Shown: positions 1 to 8,354, numbered from the stretch's first letter. The stretch: DNA of 20,795 nucleotides from Promethearchaeota archaeon (GCA_048939625.1 JBHLPH010000026.1:1-20795); one strand, 5' to 3'. Notes: generated by a model from the sequence alone, not told the origin. Program-made: numbers and translations.

Positions 1-569
1 GCATCATAACCAATTAAAACAAATTCACGTCGGAATCCTGGAATTGGTTCTAATTTCTCGACCTGTTCAATGATTTCAGAAGGTGGTCGTGGAACTTGCA
101 CAGGTTGGCGTTCCGGTTTCCGTGTGGCTGAAACCACCGCTTCCCTGTAATCAGCTGGTTTGGCTTCCTGAACAGGTGCAGGTCGTGGCGATTCAGACAC
201 TGGTCCTGCTGGCTCTCTAGGCATCGGTGGCGCTGCAGGGGGGGCTTCTTTCATGCCCTCATCAGGTTTTGTAGACAACGGTAGCCCCATAGATTCTAGA
301 AATTTTGCGCCTTCTTGTCCCTCATCCTCTGAGAGGATCTTGTAAACCAGACCGCGCTGGTCCCGGATTCCTGACGCTCGACGAGCTGCAATGAATTTCC
401 GGCGAACGGGTGCTTTTGTTCCTTTCCAAATCCAAATTAGGCGTTCCTCATCGTCAATGATAATGAGAACTTCATCTTCTTTCATATGGGTCTTCGCCGG
501 AGCACCATCGGTGATTTGAACGGTTTCACCGGTGTCAACGACGCGGAGCATCACTAATTCTCTGGGCAC
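1..569 (-). CDS. Gelsolin/villin-like domain protein with Pro-rich linker and a further C-terminal domain (runs off the left edge)
   Basis: Not in the ORF track; translated by hand and open to position 1. GTG at 569 follows a GGTGA SD (alternative ATG at 551). MPRELVMLRVVDTGETVQITDGAPAKTHMKEDEVLIIIDDEERLIWIWKGTKAPVRRKFIAARRASGIRDQRGLVYKILSEDEGQEGAKFLESMG fits the gelsolin pattern (D-V-hydrophobic-D...IWIWxG...long Ala helix...EGxE..F). It is followed by PPAAPPMPREPAGP... and then EPIPGFRREFVLIGYD. Confidence 0.8.
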   Translation of the reverse strand, partial: MPRELVMLRVVDTGETVQITDGAPAKTHMKEDEVLIIIDDEERLIWIWKGTKAPVRRKFIAARRASGIRDQRGLVYKILSEDEGQEGAKFLESMGLPLSTKPDEGMKEAPPAAPPMPREPAGPVSESPRPAPVQEAKPADYREAVVSATRKPERQPVQVPRPPSEIIEQVEKLEPIPGFRREFVLIGYD

Positions 570-610
570 GCAGGTCACCAACCCCGACGGTCATGTTACT
601 TACTTCTCTG

Positions 611-627
611 TGTTAATAATTCTTTTC
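611..627 (-). promoter_or_regulatory. Putative BRE/TATA promoter of the gelsolin-like gene
   Basis: Minus strand reads GAAAAGAATTATTAAC (purine-rich then AT-rich box) about 45 nt upstream of the GTG. Confidence 0.35.
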
Positions 628-718
628 TGGGAAGTGAGGGATTACTCCAAATATTTAGTGGACATTAATCCCTACCGGATACGTCAATTTAAGGTAAACA
701 CCACTCACTTTCAGGTGT

Positions 719-2098
719 TTATTTCTTTTTCAGATGTGCTGGAATGATGTACTTGTCAGGGGCTGATTCGATGGGCTTCAAGTAGGCTTGAAGTGGTTTA
801 GGTATTAAGATCCGTCCATCCTCTTGCATGTTATTTTCCAGAATAGCAGTGATGGATCGTGTAGTAGCAATGACCGTAGAGTTAAGTGTATGGACGAACC
901 CTTTGGTGGGATGGCCTCTGGTTTCTGCGTAACGGGTATTTAGCCGGTAGCTTTGGTAATCCGTGCAATTACTACAAGATACAAATTCCCGATAGCGGCC
1001 TTGTGAGGGCATCCAGAGTTCAAGGTCATAAGTCTTTGCGGCTACGCGGCTGAAATCGCCACTGGGTAATATCACGATTCTGAAGGGTATGCCTAAGGGT
1101 CTCCAAATTTCTTCTTCGATGGCTATCATTTTGTCAATCCAGGTCCAAGAATGCTCGGGGAGACAGAAGACAAACATTTCCACCTTAGAGAATTGATGGA
1201 CTCGGAAGATACCTTTTGTGTCCTTTCCGTGGGCGCCGGCTTCTTTGCGATAGCAGGGACTATAACCGGCAAATTGGAGGGGCAGTTCGTCGATTTCAAG
1301 TACTTCATTCATGTACTGGGCAGCTATCGGATGTTCAGAGGTTGCAATCAAATAGAGGTCTTGGTCTTCGAGCTTGTAGAGTGAATCTTCGAAAGCGCCA
1401 ATGTCTATGACACCACTATAGGCTGCGTAATTGAGCATATTAGGTGGGATGATGGGTGTGAACCCATGTTTTGTGATATTATCAAGTGCATAAAGAGCCA
1501 GAGCAAGATCCAACCAGACAATATCATCCATGAGGTAATAGAATCGTGATCCCGCTACCTTCGCGGCTCGGGTGGTATCGATGAGTCCAATTTCCTCTGA
1601 AATGTCATAATGGCTCTTTGATAGCCTATCGGTGGTCTCGTATTCAACCTTCAATCCCTGTGCAGCATCAAGGAATTGATTTACATGATCCTTCCATACG
1701 TGGGGTTTCCCGATGTACTTGATAGGCTGCGCTTTGGTCTCGTCCATGCCATCAGGCACTGACTCGTGGACGATATTCGCGATGCCTCGTAATGCCTCCA
1801 TCCTTTGAGTTTCGAGGGTCGCTAGCTGCTGTTCACCTTGGGATACTTTCTCTGAGAGCATCTTTGATTTCTTGATCAGGGCTTCTCGTTTGGTCTTATC
1901 TTTGGTTTTACCAATCTCTTTAGCCACCTGATTTCGCTCTTGCTGGAGTTCAGCTAGTTCAGTTCGCGTTTTTCGCCAAGCCTCATCCAATTGCATAGCC
2001 TCATCAACGATGGTGGTATTTAATCCACGCCGTTGCTGAGATTTTCGAAGAATCTCAGGATTCTCACGAACAGCAGTCAGTATTGACCACGCACTCAC
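719..2098 (-). CDS. serS: Seryl-tRNA synthetase
   Basis: N-terminal coiled-coil arm; AKVAGSRFYYL; LIATSEHP; motif 2 YRKEAGAHGKDTKGIFRVHQFSKVE; EFVSCSNCTDYQS; motif 3 HTLNSTVIATTR. GTG start. Confidence 0.98.
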   Translation of the reverse strand: MSAWSILTAVRENPEILRKSQQRRGLNTTIVDEAMQLDEAWRKTRTELAELQQERNQVAKEIGKTKDKTKREALIKKSKMLSEKVSQGEQQLATLETQRMEALRGIANIVHESVPDGMDETKAQPIKYIGKPHVWKDHVNQFLDAAQGLKVEYETTDRLSKSHYDISEEIGLIDTTRAAKVAGSRFYYLMDDIVWLDLALALYALDNITKHGFTPIIPPNMLNYAAYSGVIDIGAFEDSLYKLEDQDLYLIATSEHPIAAQYMNEVLEIDELPLQFAGYSPCYRKEAGAHGKDTKGIFRVHQFSKVEMFVFCLPEHSWTWIDKMIAIEEEIWRPLGIPFRIVILPSGDFSRVAAKTYDLELWMPSQGRYREFVSCSNCTDYQSYRLNTRYAETRGHPTKGFVHTLNSTVIATTRSITAILENNMQEDGRILIPKPLQAYLKPIESAPDKYIIPAHLKKK

Positions 2099-2195
2099 TT
2101 TTGTCGCCTCGGAAAGGACTCAACGCCCTACTACTAAAAAACCTTCCCTCCACTACAACACAAAGACCTTTGCTAGAACAGGGGCTTCTTAGGGA

Positions 2196-3386
2196 TTAGA
2201 ACCATTCTGCCCGACGAGCGATAATAATGCAAAGGACCAGGATAATGACAACAACTGCTATTGCGACAATCCACCACGGAAATATGAAAAGATCCGGACC
2301 AATGGGAACAAGTAGAGTGTCAAGTTGATCTAGTAAGGCTAGCGTTGATACCGCGAAATTCGATTGAGAAGCAAAGCCTGAAGCACCGGCAATGTCAGCA
2401 AATCCCCCGTCTAGAGTCTGTGTGCTCAGAACCCATCCTGTGACATCTTCAGCAGTTATCTGGCTACTAGCATCAAGAATTTGCAAACCAGCGACGGCAT
2501 AGAACGTCGCCAAATGGGTTGCTACAGGATTGTCTGGTGTGTTGCTAAATCCACCAAAAAACTGAGGATAGTTTGTGTCTTCGCGATAATGGAGAAGTAT
2601 GTACTCAATTGCTGCAGTTTGGTTAATAGTAGAGAGTGCTCCCAGAATTTCAAGGGATTGTAAGGCCATATAGGTAGTTTGTAAATCTGCGTTGGTGCTA
2701 TTCCGACCATTGGCGAATCCTCCATAACTAGGGGAGGCGGGATTCGACAGGAGTTGACTGGAATTAAGCCAGCTTACTGCTAATGAAGTGTTCATTTGTG
2801 AGATGGCGTTATAGATCTCAAGAATTTGAATAGCAGCAAAGGTTGCGGAGACAGTTGCAGTATTGATTTGGATATTTTCAGTAAATCCGCCAACTGTATC
2901 TGGGTACAATGTAGCATTTGTGCGCTGAAGATCAATAGTAAAGTTTACCAGAATCGTTGAGTCGATGCTTTGTGTTCGATTGAGTCGTTCAAGTGCTTGT
3001 ACTGCAAAGGCACTGGCTGTTAAAGTGGCATTCGGATAACTCGAGTACGGAAGGAACCCACCATAGTTAGGATCGGTGTCTGTTTCATTGATAAAGAGGC
3101 TGCCAACCCATGCAGTCATATTTTCGATAAGAAGGCGGTCAGGCAGGAGTAAATCTGCACCAATCCAAGCGTCAAGAGTATCTAAAATATTGGCAATGGC
3201 AAAGGTGTTTGACATAGTTGGGACAGTGGCGCCCGGGTGTTGAACGGCACCGCCAGAGTGGTCCAAACAGGATACTGAGAAAATAACTATTGCATCTTGG
3301 CGTGTTGGCGCTGCCATGGCAGTCATTGGGCTAGCCATGATGAGGATGAATAACCCAAGAATTAGAGTGCTAGATAACCTTCGCAA
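2196..3386 (-). CDS. Secreted, membrane-anchored prenyltransferase/squalene-oxidase-repeat (alpha/alpha barrel) protein
   Basis: Signal peptide MRRLSSTLILGLFILIMASPMTAMA. Five GGF repeats each followed by an amphipathic helix (YGGFLP..ATLTASAFAVQALERL; VGGFTE..ATVSATFAAIQILEI; YGGFAN..ADLQTTYMALQSLEIL; FGGFSN..ATHLATFYAVAGLQIL; DGGFAD..FASQSNFAVSTLALL). C-terminal TM helix plus RR; many N-x-S/T sequons. Confidence 0.8.
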   Translation of the reverse strand: MRRLSSTLILGLFILIMASPMTAMAAPTRQDAIVIFSVSCLDHSGGAVQHPGATVPTMSNTFAIANILDTLDAWIGADLLLPDRLLIENMTAWVGSLFINETDTDPNYGGFLPYSSYPNATLTASAFAVQALERLNRTQSIDSTILVNFTIDLQRTNATLYPDTVGGFTENIQINTATVSATFAAIQILEIYNAISQMNTSLAVSWLNSSQLLSNPASPSYGGFANGRNSTNADLQTTYMALQSLEILGALSTINQTAAIEYILLHYREDTNYPQFFGGFSNTPDNPVATHLATFYAVAGLQILDASSQITAEDVTGWVLSTQTLDGGFADIAGASGFASQSNFAVSTLALLDQLDTLLVPIGPDLFIFPWWIVAIAVVVIILVLCIIIARRAEWF

Positions 3387-3429
3387 GCAATGGTCCTCCG
3401 AATTCAGGTGTACGGACGTTCACGGCAAA

Positions 3430-3448
3430 ATATCCCTTAAAACCTTGT
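3430..3448 (-). promoter_or_regulatory. Putative TATA box of the prenyltransferase-repeat gene
   Basis: Minus strand CAAGGTTTTAAGGG about 50 nt upstream of TTG 3386; GGAGG SD just upstream of the start. Confidence 0.4.
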
Positions 3449-3460
3449 GGTCAGTGGCAA

Positions 3461-4384
3461 TTATTCTACAGGTCTCACTGTTAACCAATGGGTGACTGCT
3501 TTTACTGCATCACCACAAGCTCGAACGATTTGCCGTGGTTCTCCGGTGATATCACCAACGGCATACACACCGGGCATATTGGTCTGTTGATGGGCATCGG
3601 TTGTGATATTGCCTTTCTCATCCAAGTTGACCCCGACTGGTTCACAGAAGGAACTGTTGGGGGTGCATCCGACAGCGATGAATACACCATCGGCATCCAT
3701 GGTAAAATCCTTCTTTGTCTTTTTGTTGTGTAATTTGACACCAGTGACTCCGTCCTCACCTAAGATTTCAGTTAATATGGTATCCCATAAGATTTCCACA
3801 TTGGGGAGAGCAATGAGGCGGTCAGCATAGGTTTGCTCAGCTCGGAGTTTATCGCGGCGATGTACTAGATACACCTTCCCTACGATGTTTGCCAGAAAGA
3901 GGGCATCCATGGCTGCAGTATTGCCTCCGCCGATCACAAAGACGGTTTTTCCACGATATAATGGACCATCACAGGTTGCGCAATAACTAATTCCGCGACC
4001 ATGATACTCTGATTCACCGGGAACCCCAAGTTCGGCATCACAAGCGCCCATCGCTAGAATGACGGCAGGCGCATGAAACTCTTCACCTTCCCCAGTGACA
4101 ACAATTTTGGTCGATTTCGAGAACTTGAACTCCTCAACAGGAGTCATTTCACGGATTTCTGCTCCTGCGTTTTGAGCTTGGGTTTTCATCTTCATGGTGA
4201 GGTCGCCGCCACTGATTTTTTCAAAACCTGGATAGTTTTCGATTTCCCACGCGTTCATCATGCGACCACCACAGATTCCTGCTTCTAAAATTACGGCTTT
4301 CAAGCCCATTCGTGCAGCATATAATCCTGCAGTCATCCCCGCTGGTCCACACCCAACTATGATGAGGTCACGTTGTTCTGCCAT
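3461..4384 (-). CDS. trxB: Thioredoxin-disulfide reductase
   Basis: FAD motif GCGPAG; IENYPGF; redox-active GISYCATCDG; NADPH motifs GGGNTA and VHRRDKLRA; C-terminal TNMPGVYAVGD. Confidence 0.95.
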   Translation of the reverse strand: MAEQRDLIIVGCGPAGMTAGLYAARMGLKAVILEAGICGGRMMNAWEIENYPGFEKISGGDLTMKMKTQAQNAGAEIREMTPVEEFKFSKSTKIVVTGEGEEFHAPAVILAMGACDAELGVPGESEYHGRGISYCATCDGPLYRGKTVFVIGGGNTAAMDALFLANIVGKVYLVHRRDKLRAEQTYADRLIALPNVEILWDTILTEILGEDGVTGVKLHNKKTKKDFTMDADGVFIAVGCTPNSSFCEPVGVNLDEKGNITTDAHQQTNMPGVYAVGDITGEPRQIVRACGDAVKAVTHWLTVRPVE

Positions 4385-4472
4385 TTTATTTCGCCTCAGT
4401 TTCTCTGAGACGGGCGGTCAAATATATGTAAGTTTTGGCTTTCCACGTTGCATTAGAAAAAGTTGGCAGAGA

Positions 4473-5090
4473 TTATAGTTCTTGGATTTTCCCCTGTGCG
4501 GCTTCTTCGAGTTTTTCAACCGCTTCCTTATATCCACCTGCATAAATGATGTCACCGGGGAGTAGTTTAAATCGTCCTCGCGGATCATAGGTCCAATTAT
4601 TATTGCGTTTAACAGCGAAGATGCGTGTGCCATGGTCTTCTAACCGGAGTTGGCCTAGTGTTTTATTCGCGAGAAGCGAGCTCGGGTCAACGATTTGGCG
4701 ACTTACTCGTTCATCAGCGTCTTTTAATGCAAGACGCATGAGTGGGTGGACATCAACACCACGAAGGACAATTTCAGCCATTTGAGCAGCGGCGTCGGCA
4801 AGGTTTTCTGCGGCAACACCTAGGCGGATGAGACCCAAACGGCGTTTTTCTTCGCCTTCTTCTAATTCTAATCGTAAGACTTCAAGTTCGAACTCGGTGT
4901 GAAAACTGTCAAATTTCTCTTCCAATTCAAAAATATCTTCAGCAATATCCTTGTTGTTGGTCAGTAAGGCGGTGTATGCTAGGTTGATGAGAAGCTCCGA
5001 GGTGTCTTTCATTTGAATTAGCATCGCTAGGATGCGTTCTTCTGGTGTTTCTTCTCCTGTGGGTGTCTTAAGCAATCTCTTCAAGCTCAC
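4473..5090 (-). CDS. PhoU + TrkA-C (RCK_C) domain protein, paralog 2
   Basis: MKDTSELLINLAYTALL...AAENLADAAAQMA helical PhoU-like part, then SSLLANKTLGQLRL...IFAVKR...PGDIIYAGG RCK_C. GTG start overlaps the upstream paralog by 23 nt. Confidence 0.88.
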   Translation of the reverse strand: MSLKRLLKTPTGEETPEERILAMLIQMKDTSELLINLAYTALLTNNKDIAEDIFELEEKFDSFHTEFELEVLRLELEEGEEKRRLGLIRLGVAAENLADAAAQMAEIVLRGVDVHPLMRLALKDADERVSRQIVDPSSLLANKTLGQLRLEDHGTRIFAVKRNNNWTYDPRGRFKLLPGDIIYAGGYKEAVEKLEEAAQGKIQEL

Positions 5091-5676
5091 CGGCAGCCAA
5101 CCTCTGGAGTTTCTTTATACTATCCGCAGAACCTCGAGCAATAACTCGATCACCTTTGTACAATTCAAAGGATTCAGGTGGATTAATTGTCCAGCTTCTT
5201 TTTCGCTGAATCGCTATGATATCTGCTCCGATTTCTTCCTCAAGGTTAATGTCCGCTAGTGTCTTACTCACAAGCATTGAGTTTTTTAGGATAGTTGCTC
5301 GACCTACAATCTCATCAGCCTGACTCACTGCTAGCCACAGTATTCCTGGGATACCAATTTCATGTAGAACAAGTCCTGCGATATCTGCTGCGGCGTCACT
5401 TACCTTATTGGCGGCTGAAGCTGTTTTCATGACACTTACAATCTGTTCGGCGTCTTTTTTATCTCGCACAGCTAACGATGCATTCATGAGTAGTAGATAG
5501 CTTAGATAATCAACACGCTCTTCCATGTCCATGACTTCTTCAGCAAGGTCTCGGTCATTGAACATGACCGCGGAATAAGCGAGGTCAATCATTAATTCAC
5601 TCAGGTCTTTCATTTCCACTAATAGGTCGCGGACAGGGATGGGTTGATACTCAACTTCATGAAGTTCCTCTTGCAT
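5068..5676 (-). CDS. PhoU + TrkA-C (RCK_C) domain protein, paralog 1
   Basis: LLVEMKDLSELMIDLAYSAV...AANKVSDAAADIA, then SKTLADINLEEEIGADIIAIQR...GDRVIARG. Confidence 0.9.
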   Translation of the reverse strand: MQEELHEVEYQPIPVRDLLVEMKDLSELMIDLAYSAVMFNDRDLAEEVMDMEERVDYLSYLLLMNASLAVRDKKDAEQIVSVMKTASAANKVSDAAADIAGLVLHEIGIPGILWLAVSQADEIVGRATILKNSMLVSKTLADINLEEEIGADIIAIQRKRSWTINPPESFELYKGDRVIARGSADSIKKLQRLAAGELEEIA

Positions 5677-5826
5677 AACGGTGTCACGGGCTCCCAGAAA
5701 AGATGAAAGTCCATTACTTCCAATACGCTTTCTTTGAAGAACACGCTTTTCAGTGTTTCGAGTTATCTACTGATGCGCAGAATCTTAATAGGCACCTGAT
5801 TACAAGGGTCTCATCTCTCGAAGAGT

Positions 5827-6498
5827 GTGGTCTCAGTGGTAATTGGTCGTATCAAGGAGCAATTCAAACGCGTGTTTGCGCCGATCGCACGGGTTGTCGC
5901 AAAATCTAAAGTTCCCCCCAATGCCTTGACACTTCTAGGACCCGTGGTTGCGACCATAGCCGCTTGGATGTATTTTCAGCAGCAATTGGCACTAGCCCTC
6001 CTTCTCCTTCTATTATCTGGGTTTGTGGATGCTCTTGATGGCGCAGTTGCCAGAGCTACAGGAAAAACCTCTCCATTCGGTGGTGTGCTAGACAGTATCT
6101 GTGATCGATATAGTGATGCAATAGTGTTATTCGGGATTATCCTTGGAGGCTGGGTCTCCACAATCTGGGGCATCATTGCCATCATTGGAAGCTTACTTGT
6201 GAGTTATGCTCGAGCACGAGCAGAAGCCGCAGGAGTCACTCAATTAGGAATTGGACTGGCTGAACGCCCTGAACGCCTAATCATCATTATGGTAGTAACC
6301 TTACTTCAGTATCTGACAATTCTAGGCATCCTATTCACACCGCCCCTCTTTTATGGCATTGATAATTGGATAGCCTATGGTATTATCCTAGTAGCGATTC
6401 TTGCACATATTACTGTCATTCAACGAACAATCGCGGCATATCGTGCATTGTCTAAGATGGATTCAGAGTCTTCACCAGAAGCACAAGATACTCCCTAG
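5827..6498 (+). CDS. pgsA: CDP-alcohol phosphatidyltransferase (probable archaetidylinositol-phosphate synthase)
   Basis: PNALTLLG; signature DALDGAVAR...SPFGGVLDSICDRYSD; SYARARAEAAG...GLAERPERL; multiple TM helices. Confidence 0.92.
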   Translation: MVSVVIGRIKEQFKRVFAPIARVVAKSKVPPNALTLLGPVVATIAAWMYFQQQLALALLLLLLSGFVDALDGAVARATGKTSPFGGVLDSICDRYSDAIVLFGIILGGWVSTIWGIIAIIGSLLVSYARARAEAAGVTQLGIGLAERPERLIIIMVVTLLQYLTILGILFTPPLFYGIDNWIAYGIILVAILAHITVIQRTIAAYRALSKMDSESSPEAQDTP

Positions 6499-6832
6499 CC
6501 TGCTCCAAAGTAAGTCGACCACTATCTGTAATCCGATAATATTTCCGGGTTGGTCTGCGTCCTTCTTTACGTTCTCCACTTAATTCAACGAGACCATCAC
6601 GTTGCAGCTTATACAACAATACATAGGCCGTTACAGATGCAATTTCTACTCCGTAGTGGTCTTTTATTGCTCCCTGTAATTCATAAGCAAAGTAATCCCG
6701 CTCTTCCAAAAGAGTAAGAACATACAACCAAAGATTCTCTTTTGTTGTACGAGTAATTAGCCGTCTCATCGCTTTCGTAGCATGATTCGAATATTTCTTA
6801 AGAGCTTGAAGAAATTCAACGTTATCTGTCAT
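6452..6832 (-). CDS. PadR-family transcriptional regulator
   Basis: ENLWLYVLTLL..YFAYEL...YVLLYKLQRDGLV...RKYYRITDSGR winged helix. ATG 6832 is preferred because GGTGA directly precedes it (track start GTG 6838). Confidence 0.9.
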   Translation of the reverse strand: MTDNVEFLQALKKYSNHATKAMRRLITRTTKENLWLYVLTLLEERDYFAYELQGAIKDHYGVEIASVTAYVLLYKLQRDGLVELSGERKEGRRPTRKYYRITDSGRLTLEQAREYLVLLVKTLNPS

Positions 6833-6853
6833 AATCACCAGAATCCCATAGCT

Positions 6854-7483
6854 TCATTTCGATTTGTAACGACTCATTAATTCACGTAGAAATAAACTAA
6901 TTACGTGACTTCCCAAAAGGCTTCGCGTTCCGATACTAACCTCTTGTATTGGATACGAATAGAGGCATTTTTCGTGATCACCAGAAAGCCCCTGATCATC
7001 TCCAAGAATGAGGACAAGTGGTTGGTTCAAATTCAACTTTACTTCTTGAAGCGGTTTTCCAGATTCAACCAGATAGAGAATTTGTTTTTTATCAGCAATA
7101 ACGGCCTCTAAGGTTTCTTTGAAGCTCTGCGGGTATATCGAAAACTGGGGCCATTGAGGGCTTTGGCCAGCGCCTTTTGTTCGATAATGATGCAATATCT
7201 CTTTCAGAATTATGGCACATTCTAATTCACTTTCAGGAAAGTGATTTGCATTACCAAAGTTAACACAAATTCGAAGGGGCGGATTTGGCGGACCTCCCAA
7301 TACTGCGTTAACCTGAATAGAGGGAGCTAGCTTTGGAACGGTTCGATATGAAGAGAGAAGGATTCGGCAGACAACATCGAGTCGGCCACTAGTTCCAGGG
7401 ACATCACGAATAAGAAATTCATCGGAGGTTCGTGTTCGTAACGCATCAACTACAAAAGACAGATTCAGAAAACACCCCTCCAT
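6854..7483 (-). CDS. trmY: tRNA (pseudouridine54-N1)-methyltransferase, SPOUT family
   Basis: DVPGTSGRLDVVCR; LGGPPNPP; YLVESG; ILGDDQGL; VSIGTRSLLGSHVI SPOUT knot motifs. The start may instead be CTG at 7468. Confidence 0.85.
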   Translation of the reverse strand: MEGCFLNLSFVVDALRTRTSDEFLIRDVPGTSGRLDVVCRILLSSYRTVPKLAPSIQVNAVLGGPPNPPLRICVNFGNANHFPESELECAIILKEILHHYRTKGAGQSPQWPQFSIYPQSFKETLEAVIADKKQILYLVESGKPLQEVKLNLNQPLVLILGDDQGLSGDHEKCLYSYPIQEVSIGTRSLLGSHVISLFLRELMSRYKSK

Positions 7484-7533
7484 CCGCTAGTAGTCCCTGG
7501 CGGATTAACTCCTGCCTAACAACTAGTCACCTT

Positions 7534-7806
7534 TCATCCTTTGCGGTCTTTTCGACTTCGAATAGTAACCACACCTCGGTGAACAGCACAGCTAACGCAA
7601 TACCACTTGGTTACACGACGAGCAGGAATGAAGGTGCCTGAACGACGAAGCTCCCGCGCCATCTGCGGGTCCACAAAAGAAGCACGTGTAGTTCTTTTCT
7701 TGGCTTTATCACGTGGTACTACTTTGCCACACTGGCTACACTGAACTGTGGCTCCACGACCGGTCGAACCCTTTGTTCGACCACCACTTTTCCGTTTCGA
7801 TGGCAA
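7534..7806 (-). CDS. rps26e: Small-subunit ribosomal protein eS26 (S26e)
   Basis: (M)PSKRKSGGRTKG; zinc ligands CSQC...VPRDKAKK...YCVSCAVHRGVVTIRSRKDR. Family proteins start MPxKR, which favours TTG 7806 over the track start 7830. Confidence 0.97.
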   Translation of the reverse strand: MPSKRKSGGRTKGSTGRGATVQCSQCGKVVPRDKAKKRTTRASFVDPQMARELRRSGTFIPARRVTKWYCVSCAVHRGVVTIRSRKDRKG

Positions 7807-7925
7807 TATACAATCATCTCGAATATTCACGGTGGTCGCTGTTAGCTGCTAATTCAGCCAAGTCCACGATCACCTGAGTGGAGCATGCCACCTTACTTCA
7901 AAAACTTTGTGCTAACACACGCCAG

Positions 7926-8348
7926 TCAATCAATACTGCGGCCTGACTCGGCGAGGGGGTGGCCGAAGCATTCGAGCCGAAACGCCTTATACCAGCCAAA
8001 GGGTGTCTGATGGACTGAGAAGCCTTGATCCTGAAGGGCTATGGTGAGGCTTTGGAGTAAACGTATCGCGAATTTTGGTTTTGCGAGTTTTCTGGGGAAG
8101 ATGTGTGCGTGGGGATACAACACGATGTTCATCACTTTTACTCGGTCTGCTACAAGTTTGATTTCTTCCGCAGCTTTCTTTACAATTTCTGATAATCGTC
8201 CCTCATCAGAAGCTTCAATTGCACAGAATACAGTCAGGCAATTCTCAAAGTCTTTCCATTCTCCTTCTGTTGCTTCATCTCGTATACTGATTTTTACTGC
8301 TTCCGTGGCTTTGTATGCAAGGTTTCCATGAAAGATTAGTAATCGCAT
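7926..8348 (-). CDS. Free-standing archaeal threonyl-tRNA synthetase editing domain
   Basis: MRLLIFH; VFCAIEASDE; VLYPHAHI; PFGWYKAFRLECFGHPLAESGRSI matches the archaeal ThrRS N-terminal editing domain. No catalytic or anticodon domain. Alternative ATG at 8354. Confidence 0.92.
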   Translation of the reverse strand: MRLLIFHGNLAYKATEAVKISIRDEATEGEWKDFENCLTVFCAIEASDEGRLSEIVKKAAEEIKLVADRVKVMNIVLYPHAHIFPRKLAKPKFAIRLLQSLTIALQDQGFSVHQTPFGWYKAFRLECFGHPLAESGRSID

Positions 8349-8354
8349 CCGCAT

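Noticed and set aside
532-747. 71-aa plus-strand ORF
   Set aside because: Overlaps the gelsolin-like gene start and the serS end on the opposite strand and spans a promoter region; no protein-like signal.
5703-5909. 68-aa plus-strand ORF
   Set aside because: Covers the divergent promoter region and overlaps pgsA out of frame; no motifs.
7828-7895. tRNA gene or C/D-box sRNA
   Set aside because: Only two internal arms, no T-loop consensus, and no complete RUGAUGA box C.
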